A stretch of DNA of 64,000 nt from an uncultured Enterobacteriaceae bacterium (GTDB lineage: Bacteria; Pseudomonadota; Gammaproteobacteria; Burkholderiales; SG8-39), in the NCBI GenBank assembly GCA_964576525.1, contig CAZNVH010000002.1, positions 4,121 through 68,120 of the forward strand, given 5' to 3'. Below, piece by piece: positions 18,454 through 27,672 of this stretch (positions within the stretch are counted from its first letter, which is position 1; the number at the start of each line of letters is the position of its first letter). Below the pieces are notes generated by a model. That model saw only the letters and a program-made list of their open reading frames with translations, had not been told where the DNA came from and did not search any database. The position numbers and the translations under genes are program-made.

Positions 18454-20408
18454 CGAAGCCCTGGAATCGCCGGCGCCTGCTGCAGGCCGCGCTGGGCGTG
18501 CCGTTGCTCAAGTGGCATGCCACGTGGGCGCAAACACCGGGTCGCACGCTGCAGGTCGAGCCGCGCCCGGCTGCGGCCGCTCCCGGGGTCGCGGCGCCGA
18601 GCGGTTCGCTGCTCACCGCACCACGCCGCGCGCTGGTCATCGGCAACTCCAGCTACGCCGTCGGCCCGCTCAAGAACCCCGCCAACGACGCCAAGGGGGT
18701 TGCCGACGCGCTCAGGGGCCAGGGCTTCGAGGTGACCCTCGGCCTCGATCTGAAGCGCAGCGAGATGGTCGAGATGATCGGCGCGTACGGCCAGTCGCTC
18801 GCGCGCACCAAGCCGGTGGCGCTGTTCTACTTCGCCGGCCACGGCCTGCAGGTCGCCTGGCGCAACTACCTGGTGCCGGTGGATGCCGCGATCAAGGCCT
18901 CGGCGGATGTCCAGGCGCAGTGCGTCGACGTCAACGCGGTGATCGAAGGTATCGGCAAGGCGGCCAACCCGATGAACGTGATCGTGCTCGACGCCTGCCG
19001 CAACGATCCCTTCGGGCGCAGCGAGCAGAAGGGCCTGTCGCAGCTCGACGCGCCGCCGGGAACCCTGCTCGCCTTTGCCACCTCGCCGGGCAACGTGGCG
19101 AGCGACGGCGAGGGCGTCAACGGCCTGTACACCGAGCACCTGCTGCGCGAGATGAAGGTGCCGGAGGCGAAGATCGAGGACGTGTTCAAGCGCGTGCGGC
19201 TCGGCGTGCGCCGCGGCTCGAACGGCCGGCAGATTCCGTGGGAGAGCACCTCGCTCGAGGAAGACTTCTGGTTCATCCCGCCCCGGGAGCTGATGCGTGT
19301 CGCGCAGGAGGCCGCCGAGCGGCGGCGCCAGGAGCAGGAAGCCGAGCGCCGTCGGCAGGAGCAAGAAGCCGAGCGGTTGCGCCAGGAGCAGGAAGCCGAA
19401 CGGCGCCGCAAGGCGCAGCTGGAGCAGGCGCGGCAGGAGGACCTCGAGCGCGTGCGCCGCGAGCAGGACGCCGAGCGGCGGCGCAACGAGCAGCTCGAAC
19501 GAGCGCGGCAAGAGGAGCTCGAGCGCGAACGCCGCGCGCAGGACGCCGAGCGGGCACGGCGCGCAGCGCTCGAGCGGGCGCGCCTGGAACAGATCGAGAA
19601 AGCGCGGCAGGGGGACGCTGAGCGGCTGTTCAACGAGGAATTCGCGCTCTGGGAACGCGTCGACGGCGCAACCGTCCCGAGTCCGCTCGAGGACTACCTC
19701 AGGCGCTACCCGAGCGGGCGCTTCTCGGAGCTGGCGCAGCTGCAGCTCGACACGCTGCTGGCGCGGCAAGGCGAGCAGCGCATCCAGCTCGCTTCGTCGG
19801 AAGGCAATCCCTTCACGCAAGGTTCGGCGCGCGCCGACGTCGACTACAAGGTCGGCGACAGCTACGCCTATGTGCGGCGCGACCGCGACACGAAGGAAAA
19901 CATCGGCAAGGCGGTCACCCGGGTAACCCAGGTCAGCGACACGCAGGTGATCTTCAACGACGGGCGGCTCATCTACGACCGCCTCGGCAACGCGGTCAAG
20001 CTGCCCAACGGCGACCGCTTCACCCCGCGCCAGGACCAACCGCTCGAATACTCGGTCGGCAAGAAATGGTCGACGCGCTATTCGATGAAGAACGAGGACA
20101 AGGGCGTGGCGGCGCAGGCCGAGTTCCATTTCAGGATCGCGGGGCGCGAGAAGGTCACCGTTCCGGCCGGAACCTTCGACTGCTTCGTGATCGAAGGCGA
20201 CGGCTGGTCGACCACCACGCAGGGCTTCCAGATGCGGCTCGGCCTGAAGCGCTGGATGGCGCCCGACAAATGCCGCCGGCCGATCGTGATCGAGCAGTTC
20301 CGCCAGCACGAGGGGCGCGTCGGCCAGGGCTCGCGCGGCAACCTCGGAAAGGCCGGGCAGTTCGCCGTCAACGAGCGCCAGGAGCTCGTCGCCTTCAGCC
20401 AGTCCTAG
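18450..20408 (+). CDS. caspase-family (peptidase C14) protein with Tat-type signal, Arg/Glu-rich coiled-coil and unassigned C-terminal domain
   Basis: NRRRLLQAALG...TWAQ signal. Caspase dyad context FYFAGHG and VLDACRND. ATGA overlap with the mnmC stop. Confidence 0.85.
   Translation: MTKPWNRRRLLQAALGVPLLKWHATWAQTPGRTLQVEPRPAAAAPGVAAPSGSLLTAPRRALVIGNSSYAVGPLKNPANDAKGVADALRGQGFEVTLGLDLKRSEMVEMIGAYGQSLARTKPVALFYFAGHGLQVAWRNYLVPVDAAIKASADVQAQCVDVNAVIEGIGKAANPMNVIVLDACRNDPFGRSEQKGLSQLDAPPGTLLAFATSPGNVASDGEGVNGLYTEHLLREMKVPEAKIEDVFKRVRLGVRRGSNGRQIPWESTSLEEDFWFIPPRELMRVAQEAAERRRQEQEAERRRQEQEAERLRQEQEAERRRKAQLEQARQEDLERVRREQDAERRRNEQLERARQEELERERRAQDAERARRAALERARLEQIEKARQGDAERLFNEEFALWERVDGATVPSPLEDYLRRYPSGRFSELAQLQLDTLLARQGEQRIQLASSEGNPFTQGSARADVDYKVGDSYAYVRRDRDTKENIGKAVTRVTQVSDTQVIFNDGRLIYDRLGNAVKLPNGDRFTPRQDQPLEYSVGKKWSTRYSMKNEDKGVAAQAEFHFRIAGREKVTVPAGTFDCFVIEGDGWSTTTQGFQMRLGLKRWMAPDKCRRPIVIEQFRQHEGRVGQGSRGNLGKAGQFAVNERQELVAFSQS
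19314..19412 (+). repeat. in-frame 27-nt tandem repeat (about 3.7 units) encoding AERRRQEQE
   Basis: Units at 19314-19340, 19341-19367 and 19368-19394, plus a partial fourth. Lies inside the caspase-family CDS. Confidence 0.85.
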
Positions 20409-21541
20409 GCGCGCAGGATCGCCGGGCTCGCGTCCTTCACGTCGCGTATTCCGCACAGCGCCATCGTCACGTCGAGCTCGGCGTGGATGATCTCGAGCGC
20501 GCGCATCACGCCCGCCTCGCCCATCGCGCCCAGGCCGTAGGCGTAGGCGCGCCCGATCAGCGTGGCGTGGGCGCCGAGCGCGAGCGCTTTCAGCACGTCC
20601 TGCCCGCTGCGGATCCCTCCGTCGAGCCACACTTCGACCTGATTTTTTGTAGCCTCGACAATCTCCGGGAGCGCACGGATGGAGGAAATGGCGCCGTCGA
20701 GCTGGCGCCCGCCGTGGTTCGACACCACGATCGCGTCCACGCCGAGGCCGGCGGCGATCTTCGCGTCCTCGGCATCGAGGATCCCCTTGAGGATCAGCTT
20801 GCCGCCCCACAGGCGCTTCACCCACTCGACGTCCTTCCAGGAGAGCGTCGGGTCGAACTGCCCGGCGATCCATTGCGACAGCGTGGTGAGGTTGCTTGCG
20901 TCCGGGATCTGGCCCTCGAGGTTGCCGAAGGATCTGCGCTTTCCGCGCAGGACGTTCAGGGCCCACGACGGTTTTCGCAGTACATCAAAAAAAGTACCCC
21001 ACGTGAGGCGGGGAGGAACGGCCAGCCCGTTCTTCAGGTCCTGGTGGCGCTGGCCCTGCACCTGCAGGTCGAGCGTCAGCACCAGCGCCGAGCACTTCGC
21101 GGCCTTCGCGCGCTCGATCAGCGAGGCGGCGAAGCCGCGATCGCGCATGACGTAGAGCTGGAACCAGAAAGGCTTGCCGGTCCCGGCGGCGACGTCCTCG
21201 ATCGAGCAGATCGACATGGTCGACAGGGTGAAGGGCACCCCGAAGCGCGCGGCGGCGCGCGCCGCGAGGATCTCGCCGTCGGCCCAGTTGAGGCCGGCCA
21301 GGCCGACCGGGGCCAGCCCCACCGGCATGGCCGCCTCGTGCCCGGCCATGGTGGTGCGCGTCGAGCGCCGGTCGACGTCGACGCCGACGCGCTGGCGCAG
21401 CCGCAGCGCCTCGAAATCGGCGCGGTTGGCGTGCAGCGTGGCTTCGCTGTAGGAGCCGCGGTCGACATAGTCGAAGATGGCGCGCGCCACGCGCCTTTTC
21501 GACAGCTGGCGCAGGTCCTCGATGCAAGTCACCACCGGCAT
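20405..21541 (-). CDS. FMN-dependent alpha-hydroxy-acid dehydrogenase/oxidase (L-lactate dehydrogenase LldD-like)
   Basis: 378 aa with family-typical blocks (FWFQLYV, VVSNHGGRQLDG, GGIRSGQDVLKALALGA). Confidence 0.9.
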   Translation of the reverse strand: MPVVTCIEDLRQLSKRRVARAIFDYVDRGSYSEATLHANRADFEALRLRQRVGVDVDRRSTRTTMAGHEAAMPVGLAPVGLAGLNWADGEILAARAAARFGVPFTLSTMSICSIEDVAAGTGKPFWFQLYVMRDRGFAASLIERAKAAKCSALVLTLDLQVQGQRHQDLKNGLAVPPRLTWGTFFDVLRKPSWALNVLRGKRRSFGNLEGQIPDASNLTTLSQWIAGQFDPTLSWKDVEWVKRLWGGKLILKGILDAEDAKIAAGLGVDAIVVSNHGGRQLDGAISSIRALPEIVEATKNQVEVWLDGGIRSGQDVLKALALGAHATLIGRAYAYGLGAMGEAGVMRALEIIHAELDVTMALCGIRDVKDASPAILRA

Positions 21542-21576
21542 GGCGGGCGATTCTACACGCGGTAAAATGCCTCGCG

Positions 21577-22371
21577 ATGCCCACGAACGACGAGCAGCAG
21601 AAGAGCCCGATCCAGGTGATCGACCGCATGATGCGGCTGCTCGAGGTGCTCGCGCAGCACCCGGAGCCGCTCGGCCTGAAGCAGATCTCCCAGTACAGCA
21701 AGCTGCACCCCTCGACCGCGCACCGCATCCTGTCGTCGATGTCCGCCGACCGCATGGTCGACCGCGTCGAGCCGGGCAGCTACCGCCTGGGCATGCGGCT
21801 GCTCGAGCTCGGCAACCTGGTCAAGTCGCGCATCAGCGTGCGCGATCTCGCGCTGCCGATGATGCGCGAGCTGCACGCGCAGACCGGCGAGACCGCCAAC
21901 CTGTCGGTGCGCCACGGCGACGAAATCGTCTACGTCGAGCGCACCTCGTCGGGCCGCTCGGCGATGCGCGTGGTGCACGTCATCGGCGCGCGCGCGGCCC
22001 TGCACGTGACCGCCGCCGGCAAGCTGTTCCTGCTTGAGGAAGGCTTCGCGCGGCTGCGCGACTACGCCAAGCGCACCGGGCTCGCCGCGCACACCAAGAA
22101 CACGCTGTCGAGCGTCACCCTGCTGGAACGCGACCTGGAGCGCATCCAGCGCCAGGGCTGGGCGAGCGACAACGAGGAGGCCGAGCTCGGCGTGCGCTGC
22201 GTCGCCGCCGGCATCCGCGACGACGGCGGCATGCTCGTCGCGGCACTTTCCCTATCCACGCCCGCCGACCGCATGAAGCTGCAGTGGGGCCCGCTGGTGA
22301 AGGAGACCGCCGAGCGCATCTCGCGCACCCTCGGCCATCGGTCGCAGCCTGCGCGCATCGGAGCTCATTGA
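21577..22371 (+). CDS. IclR-family transcriptional regulator
   Basis: 264 aa. N-terminal wHTH (VIDRMMRLLEVLAQHPEPLGLKQISQYSKLHPSTAHRIL) and a C-terminal IclR effector domain pattern. Confidence 0.9.
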   Translation: MPTNDEQQKSPIQVIDRMMRLLEVLAQHPEPLGLKQISQYSKLHPSTAHRILSSMSADRMVDRVEPGSYRLGMRLLELGNLVKSRISVRDLALPMMRELHAQTGETANLSVRHGDEIVYVERTSSGRSAMRVVHVIGARAALHVTAAGKLFLLEEGFARLRDYAKRTGLAAHTKNTLSSVTLLERDLERIQRQGWASDNEEAELGVRCVAAGIRDDGGMLVAALSLSTPADRMKLQWGPLVKETAERISRTLGHRSQPARIGAH

Positions 22372-22385
22372 GGCACACTGAGGCC

Positions 22386-23201
22386 ATGAACGCTTGGCTC
22401 ACCCGCGCCGCGCTTGCCGCCGGGCTCGCCACGGCTGCGGCTGCCGGCGCGCAGACCGTCGCAGGCCAGGCCTACTCGCACATCCTCAGCGCCTTCACCA
22501 CCACCGTCGACCCGCGCGTGCTCTCCGACAGCGTCGTCCTCGGGCCGGCGCTGCGCGGCCAGCTCGGCGCGGAGACCGACTCCCGCAAGGTCTACCAGGC
22601 CCTGGTGGAGCTTTCCTCCGGCAGGCGCGTGGAGGTGCGGACCCTGCCGCCGGCGGACGCCGCGCGCTACGCGTCGCTTCCGGGCGTAAACGCGGGTGAG
22701 CTGCTCTTCACGCTGCAAGCCGGCGAGCTCGCGCTTCTCCTCCAGTACGCGCCGGCGCAAAAGCGGGTGTCGTTCGTCGAGCACCTGCAAGGACCCGCGC
22801 CGCGCAGCGCCGCCCCGGCGCCCAAGCTCGAAGTGCCGAAGCCCGCCCCGGCGGTTGCTCCTGCTCCGGTAGTTACTCCTGCCCCGGCGGTCGTTCCAGT
22901 CGCCGTTCCCGCGATCATTGCCCCGGTCGCGCCTCCGAGCAGGCCGGCGGCGGCGCCAAGCGCCACGCAGTTGCGGCCGACCGGCCCCTGCGTGATCAAG
23001 CCGGTGATGTCCGAACAGGACCTCGCGAACTGCGCCGCCGCTGCCGCCGCGCCGCGCCCGGTCGCCGCCGACCGGCCGGCGCCGGCGCCGTCCCCCGCGC
23101 CGCCGACGTTTACCCTTCAGCCGCCTGTACGCTCGACCCAGTGCGTGATCAAGCCGGTAATGTCGGACGAAGAGCTGCGCAACTGCGGCGTCAGGCGGTA
23201 A
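22386..23201 (+). CDS. secreted hypothetical protein, Pro/Ala-rich linker with two Cys-bracketed CVIKPVMS..L.NC motifs
   Basis: Signal-like start MNAWLTRAALAAGLATAAAAGAQT. Has CVIKPVMSEQDLANC and CVIKPVMSDEELRNC. Confidence 0.7.
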   Translation: MNAWLTRAALAAGLATAAAAGAQTVAGQAYSHILSAFTTTVDPRVLSDSVVLGPALRGQLGAETDSRKVYQALVELSSGRRVEVRTLPPADAARYASLPGVNAGELLFTLQAGELALLLQYAPAQKRVSFVEHLQGPAPRSAAPAPKLEVPKPAPAVAPAPVVTPAPAVVPVAVPAIIAPVAPPSRPAAAPSATQLRPTGPCVIKPVMSEQDLANCAAAAAAPRPVAADRPAPAPSPAPPTFTLQPPVRSTQCVIKPVMSDEELRNCGVRR

Positions 23202-24156
23202 GGCCGAACAGGGCGAACAGCCCGCGGCGGTCGGTCCAGATTTTCGTGCTCCGGTAACCGGCCCTGCCCGCAAGCGCGGCGAACTCCGCGGGCGAGTACT
23301 TGTAGGAGTTCTCGGTGTGGATGGTCTCGTCCGCGGCGAAATGCCAGCGGTATCTGCCCAGCTTCACGCGCTGCGCCGCGAGCGCGACGAGGTGCATCTC
23401 GATCCTGCCGGCCGCCGGGTCGTAGAACGCGTGGTGGCGCCAGCGGCTCAGGTCGAAATCGGCGCCGAGCTCGCGGTTGATGCGCGCCAGCAGGTTGAGG
23501 TTGAACGCGGCGGTGACGCCGGCGGCGTCGTTGTACGCCGCGTGCAGGCGCGCCGGGTCCTTCTTCAGGTCGACGCCGACCAGCATGCGCGAGGCGACGC
23601 CGCGCGTCATCGAGAGAAAGGCCTGCGCCTCGCCGGGATCGAGGTTGCCGATGGTCGAGCCGGGAAAGTAGGCCACACGCTCGGCCACACGCCCGGCCAC
23701 GCGCCGCTTCTGCTTCCCCGGGAGGGGAATATCCAGAGGGCGCGAAAAATCGCCGGCCACCGGAATGATCTCGAGCCACGGGAACTCGCGCGCCAGGCGC
23801 CGCACCGCACCCTGCAGCGCCTCGGGCGAGATGTCCACCGGGACATAGGATGCCGGGCGCAGCGCGCTGACCAGCAGCCGCGTCTTCAGGCCCTGGCCGC
23901 TGCCGTATTCGACGAGCTGGCCGCCGCGCCCGGCGAAGCGCGCGATCGACGCCAGGTGGGCGCGGGTGAGCGCCAGCTCGGCGCGCGTCAGGTAGTACTC
24001 GGGCAGGCGGCAGATGCGCTCGAACAGCCGGCTGCCGGCGGCATCGTAGAAGTACTTGGGGGACAGCGCCTTCTGCGGGAGCGAGAGCCCCGCGACGACG
24101 TCCTCGCGAAAGCCCGCTAGCTCGAGGGCCCGGAGGCCGCGCCGCTCTCGAGCCAC
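23191..24156 (-). CDS. egtD: EgtD-like L-histidine N-alpha-methyltransferase family protein
   Basis: LSPKYFYDAAGSRLFE, LVEYGSGQGLKTRLL and YVPVDIS match my recollection of EgtD motifs. Confidence 0.78.
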   Translation of the reverse strand: MARERRGLRALELAGFREDVVAGLSLPQKALSPKYFYDAAGSRLFERICRLPEYYLTRAELALTRAHLASIARFAGRGGQLVEYGSGQGLKTRLLVSALRPASYVPVDISPEALQGAVRRLAREFPWLEIIPVAGDFSRPLDIPLPGKQKRRVAGRVAERVAYFPGSTIGNLDPGEAQAFLSMTRGVASRMLVGVDLKKDPARLHAAYNDAAGVTAAFNLNLLARINRELGADFDLSRWRHHAFYDPAAGRIEMHLVALAAQRVKLGRYRWHFAADETIHTENSYKYSPAEFAALAGRAGYRSTKIWTDRRGLFALFGLTA

Positions 24157-25010
24157 TTGCGGATGCGCTGGGCGTCGCCGACTCGCGAGTGCTTGCCCCA
24201 GGAATCGAGCAGCACCACGATCAGGTCCTTGGACGCGACGCGCACCTGCATCACCAGGCAGCGGCCGGCCTCGCTGATGTAGCCGGTCTTCGACAGCCCG
24301 ATTTCCCAGTAGCTGGAGCGCACCAGGTGGTTGGTGTTGCCGTAGGCGAGCGGCCGGCCGGAGGCGCGCACCGTGGCGCGGTGGCGCGTCGAGTACTCGC
24401 GGATCAGGGGATAGTCGTGCGCCGCGCGCACCAGCCTGGCGAGGTCGCGCGCGCTCGACACGTTGGCGGGCGACAGGCCGGTCGGCTCGACGAAGCGGCT
24501 GTCGGTCATGCCGAGCGCCGCGCCCTTGGCGTTCATCGCGTCGACGAAGGCTTCCAGGCCGCCCGGGTAGCTCGAGCCGAGCGCCGCCGCCGCGCGGTTC
24601 TCCGAAGACATCAGCGCGAGCAGCATCAGGTCGCCGCGCGTCAGCTTGAGACCGGTGCGCAGCCGCGAGCGCGAGCCCTTCATGCCGACCGCGTCTTCGC
24701 GGCTGAGGACGATCTGCTCGTCGAGATCCAGCTTGCTGTCGAGGATCACCATCGCGGTCATCAGCTTGGTGATCGAGGCGATCGGCACGATCGCGTCGGC
24801 GTTCTTGCCGTAGACGATCTCGCCGGTGGCGGCGTCCTGCACCAGCGCGGAAGAGGAGCGCAGCACCACCTTGCGCACGTCGCCGCGCTGGTCGAGGCGC
24901 GTGTCGCCCCGAATGTCCCCTGCGTTCGCGAAGCCGACCGTCAACGCGACCGCGAAAAACAGCGCGCAGATGGCCACGATCCCTTCTAACGGGTGCAGTT
25001 TTCTTTGCAT
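24117..25010 (-). CDS. D-alanyl-D-alanine endopeptidase/carboxypeptidase (S11, PbpG-like)
   Basis: Signal/TM N-terminus, SITKLMT (SxxK) active-site motif, SENR (SxN). Confidence 0.88.
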   Translation of the reverse strand: MQRKLHPLEGIVAICALFFAVALTVGFANAGDIRGDTRLDQRGDVRKVVLRSSSALVQDAATGEIVYGKNADAIVPIASITKLMTAMVILDSKLDLDEQIVLSREDAVGMKGSRSRLRTGLKLTRGDLMLLALMSSENRAAAALGSSYPGGLEAFVDAMNAKGAALGMTDSRFVEPTGLSPANVSSARDLARLVRAAHDYPLIREYSTRHRATVRASGRPLAYGNTNHLVRSSYWEIGLSKTGYISEAGRCLVMQVRVASKDLIVVLLDSWGKHSRVGDAQRIRKWLESGAASGPSS

Positions 25011-25096
25011 GGAGCAGCGGAGTCTAGCGCAGCGGCAAAAAAATGTGCAAGTAAAACAGTGGCTAGGGACTCATTCCGCGAATCAACGTGAAATTT

Positions 25097-26914
25097 TTAA
25101 CGCGGCGCAGGGCTCGCCATCTCGAGCACTTCCTTGGCCTGCTCCTGCTGTTGCTGGAGGGCCCACATCCGGGCGTATTCCCCTTTCGCTTCAAGCAATT
25201 GGCCGTGGGTGCCGTGCTCGACGATGCGCCCCTGGGCGAGCACCAGGATCTGGTCGGCGTCCATCACCGTCGAGAGCCGGTGCGCGATCACCAGCGTAGT
25301 CCTGCCCTGCGAGATGCGCTCGAGCTCGGCCTGGATCGCCTTCTCGGCGCGCGAGTCGAGCGCGGAAGTCGCTTCGTCGAAGATCAGGATGCGCGGGTTC
25401 TTCAGCAGCGCGCGCGCGATGGCCACGCGCTGCTTCTCGCCGCCCGAGAGCTTCAGGCCGCGCTCGCCGACCATGGTTTCGTATTTCCTCGGCAGCGTCT
25501 CGATGAAATCGTGGATGTGCGCGGCGCGCGCCGCCTCGAACACCTCGGCGTCGCTCGCTTCCGGACGGCCGTAGCGGATGTTGTAGAGGATGTTGTCGTT
25601 GAACAGCACCGTGTCCTGCGGCACGATGCCGATCGCCGCGCGCAGGCTCGCCTGCTTTACGTCCTTTATGGAAATGTCGTTGACCCGGATGCTTCCCCCG
25701 GAAACATCGTAAAAACGGAACAGCAGCCGGGCGAGCGTCGATTTGCCCGAGCCCGAATGCCCGACCACCGCGACGCGGTGGCCGGCAGGAATCGTGAACG
25801 AGACGCCGAACAGGATCTGCCTGTCCCGTTCGTAGGAAAAATCCACGTGCGAGAAGGCCACTTCGAGGCGCCCGGAGGGCAACGGTACGGCCCCCGCTGT
25901 GTCCTCCACCTCGCGGTGCTCGCTCAACAACCGGAACATGCGGTCCATGTCGAGCAGCGCCTGCTTGATCTCGCGGTACACCATGCCGAGGAAGTTGAGC
26001 GGGATGTAGAGCTGGATCAGCAGGCCGTTCACCAGCACCAGGTCGCCGAGCGTGAAGCTCTTCGCCGCCACGCCCTCGGCGACCAGCAGCATCAGCACGG
26101 TCACGGCGAGCGCGATGATCAGGCTCTGGCCGATGTTGAGGATGCCGAGCGAGGCCTCGTTGGTCGTGGCCGCGTCCTCGTACTTGTGCAGCTGCTCGTC
26201 GTAGCGACTCGCCTCGAACTCCTCGTTGCCGAAGTACTTCACCGTCTCGTAGTTGAGCAGGCTGTCGATGGCGCGCGTGTTGGCGCGCGAGTCGAGCTCG
26301 TTGGCGCGGCGGCGGATCTCCATGCGCCACTCGGTGATGGTGACGGTGAAGGCGATGTAGATCGCCACCGCGCCGAAGGTGATCGCGGCGAAGCGCCAGT
26401 CGAACTTCGCCAGCAGCACCGCCCCCACCAGCGCGAACTCGAGGATGACCGGAACGATGGAAAAAATCAGATAACTCAAGAGCGTCGAGATGCCCCGCGT
26501 GCCGCGCTCGATGTCGCGCGTCATGCCGCCGGTCTGGCGGTCGAGGTGGAAGCGCAGCGACAGGCTGTGCAGGTGGCGAAACACGCCGAGCGCCACGCGC
26601 CGGATGGCGCGCTGCGTGACGCGCACGAACACCACGTCGCGCAGCTCGGCGAACATCGTGCTCGAGAAGCGCAGGCAGCCGTAGATCGCGAGCAGCGCCA
26701 CCGGCACCGCGACCAGGGCGAGCGTCGGGTCGAGGCCGTCCACCACTTCCTTCATCACCAGCGGCACGCCGACGTTGGCGAGCTTCGCCGCCACCAGGAA
26801 GGCCAGGGCAAGAATGACGCGCCCCTTGTATTCCCACAGGTAGGGGACCAGCGTCCCGAGCGCCTGCCATTCGTTGCCCCTTAGGCGCTGGGCGGGCGCG
26901 GCGCTGTGTGCCAT
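25097..26914 (-). CDS. ABC transporter permease/ATP-binding fusion (Atm1/ABCB6-type exporter)
   Basis: 605 aa. A 6-TM domain followed by an NBD with GHSGSGKST, LSGGEKQRVA and ILIFDEATSALD. Confidence 0.9.
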   Translation of the reverse strand: MAHSAAPAQRLRGNEWQALGTLVPYLWEYKGRVILALAFLVAAKLANVGVPLVMKEVVDGLDPTLALVAVPVALLAIYGCLRFSSTMFAELRDVVFVRVTQRAIRRVALGVFRHLHSLSLRFHLDRQTGGMTRDIERGTRGISTLLSYLIFSIVPVILEFALVGAVLLAKFDWRFAAITFGAVAIYIAFTVTITEWRMEIRRRANELDSRANTRAIDSLLNYETVKYFGNEEFEASRYDEQLHKYEDAATTNEASLGILNIGQSLIIALAVTVLMLLVAEGVAAKSFTLGDLVLVNGLLIQLYIPLNFLGMVYREIKQALLDMDRMFRLLSEHREVEDTAGAVPLPSGRLEVAFSHVDFSYERDRQILFGVSFTIPAGHRVAVVGHSGSGKSTLARLLFRFYDVSGGSIRVNDISIKDVKQASLRAAIGIVPQDTVLFNDNILYNIRYGRPEASDAEVFEAARAAHIHDFIETLPRKYETMVGERGLKLSGGEKQRVAIARALLKNPRILIFDEATSALDSRAEKAIQAELERISQGRTTLVIAHRLSTVMDADQILVLAQGRIVEHGTHGQLLEAKGEYARMWALQQQQEQAKEVLEMASPAPR

Positions 26915-26958
26915 AGCCGATTATCGGTCTTGACTGCACTCCGGGCCGGCAGTTATAT

Positions 26959-26976
26959 TTCAAACGTTCGTTTGAA
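26959..26976. promoter_or_regulatory. inverted repeat TTCAAACG-TT-CGTTTGAA, candidate TetR operator
   Basis: Located in the 77-bp divergent region between the ABC exporter and the TetR gene. The function is inferred. Confidence 0.4.
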
Positions 26977-26991
26977 TACCCGGAACAAGCC

Positions 26992-27663
26992 ATGACTCTG
27001 CGCGCCGTCAAGCCTCCGCACGAAACCCGCACCCGCATCCTCGATGCCGCCGAAGAGCTCTTCATGCAGCACGGTTTCGAGGGCACCTCGATGCGCCTGC
27101 TCACCGCGCGCGCCGGGGTGAACCTGGCCGCGGTCAACTACCACTTCGGCTCGAAGCACGCGCTGATCGAGGCGCTGTTCCGCCGGCGCCTGGACCCGAT
27201 GAACACCGCCCGGATCGCTGCTTTGGATGAACTTGAAAGAGAAGGTCGTGTGCTGGCGGCCGAAAGCATCATCCGCGCTTTCGTCGGCCCGAGCCTGCGC
27301 ATGATCGAGGACGCGAAAGGCGGCGGGCGCAACTTCATCCGCCTGCTCGGGCGCACCTACTCCGAGCCGGCGAAGGCGGTGCGCGCGCTGATCGGCCAGA
27401 TGTACGCGCCGGCGATGCAGCGCTACAAGGCGGCGCTCGAGCGCGCGCTGCCGCAGATGCCGCGCGACGAGCTGGTGTGGCGCATGCACTTCATGTTCGG
27501 CACCCTCGCCTACACCCTCGCCGCCACCGACACGGTGCAGCTGATCGCCGGCTGCAAACCCGAGGACCGCTACGACTCGCGCCTGCTCGAGGACCGGCTG
27601 ACCGCCTTCCTCGCCGCCGGGCTGCACGCGCCGCTGAAAACCTCAATCAAGAAAGCCGCCTAG
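26992..27663 (+). CDS. TetR/AcrR-family transcriptional regulator
   Basis: N-terminal HTH TRTRILDAAEELFMQHGFEGTSMRLLTARAGVNLAAVNYHFGSK. Confidence 0.9.
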   Translation: MTLRAVKPPHETRTRILDAAEELFMQHGFEGTSMRLLTARAGVNLAAVNYHFGSKHALIEALFRRRLDPMNTARIAALDELEREGRVLAAESIIRAFVGPSLRMIEDAKGGGRNFIRLLGRTYSEPAKAVRALIGQMYAPAMQRYKAALERALPQMPRDELVWRMHFMFGTLAYTLAATDTVQLIAGCKPEDRYDSRLLEDRLTAFLAAGLHAPLKTSIKKAA

Positions 27664-27672
27664 GAGACCGTC

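Noticed and set aside
19314-19560. Possible CRISPR-like or non-coding tandem repeat array.
   Set aside because: The repeats are contiguous with no spacers, stay in frame, and encode an Arg/Glu coiled-coil inside the caspase-family CDS. No cas genes or repeat-spacer architecture occur anywhere in the window.
25011-25096. Intergenic regions scanned for tRNA, riboswitch or sRNA structure (25011-25096, 36640-36664, 41635-41695, 54085-54191).
   Set aside because: I could fold no cloverleaf, conserved riboswitch core or strong stem-loop with a T-tract by eye. Covariance-model scans would be needed to exclude small RNAs.
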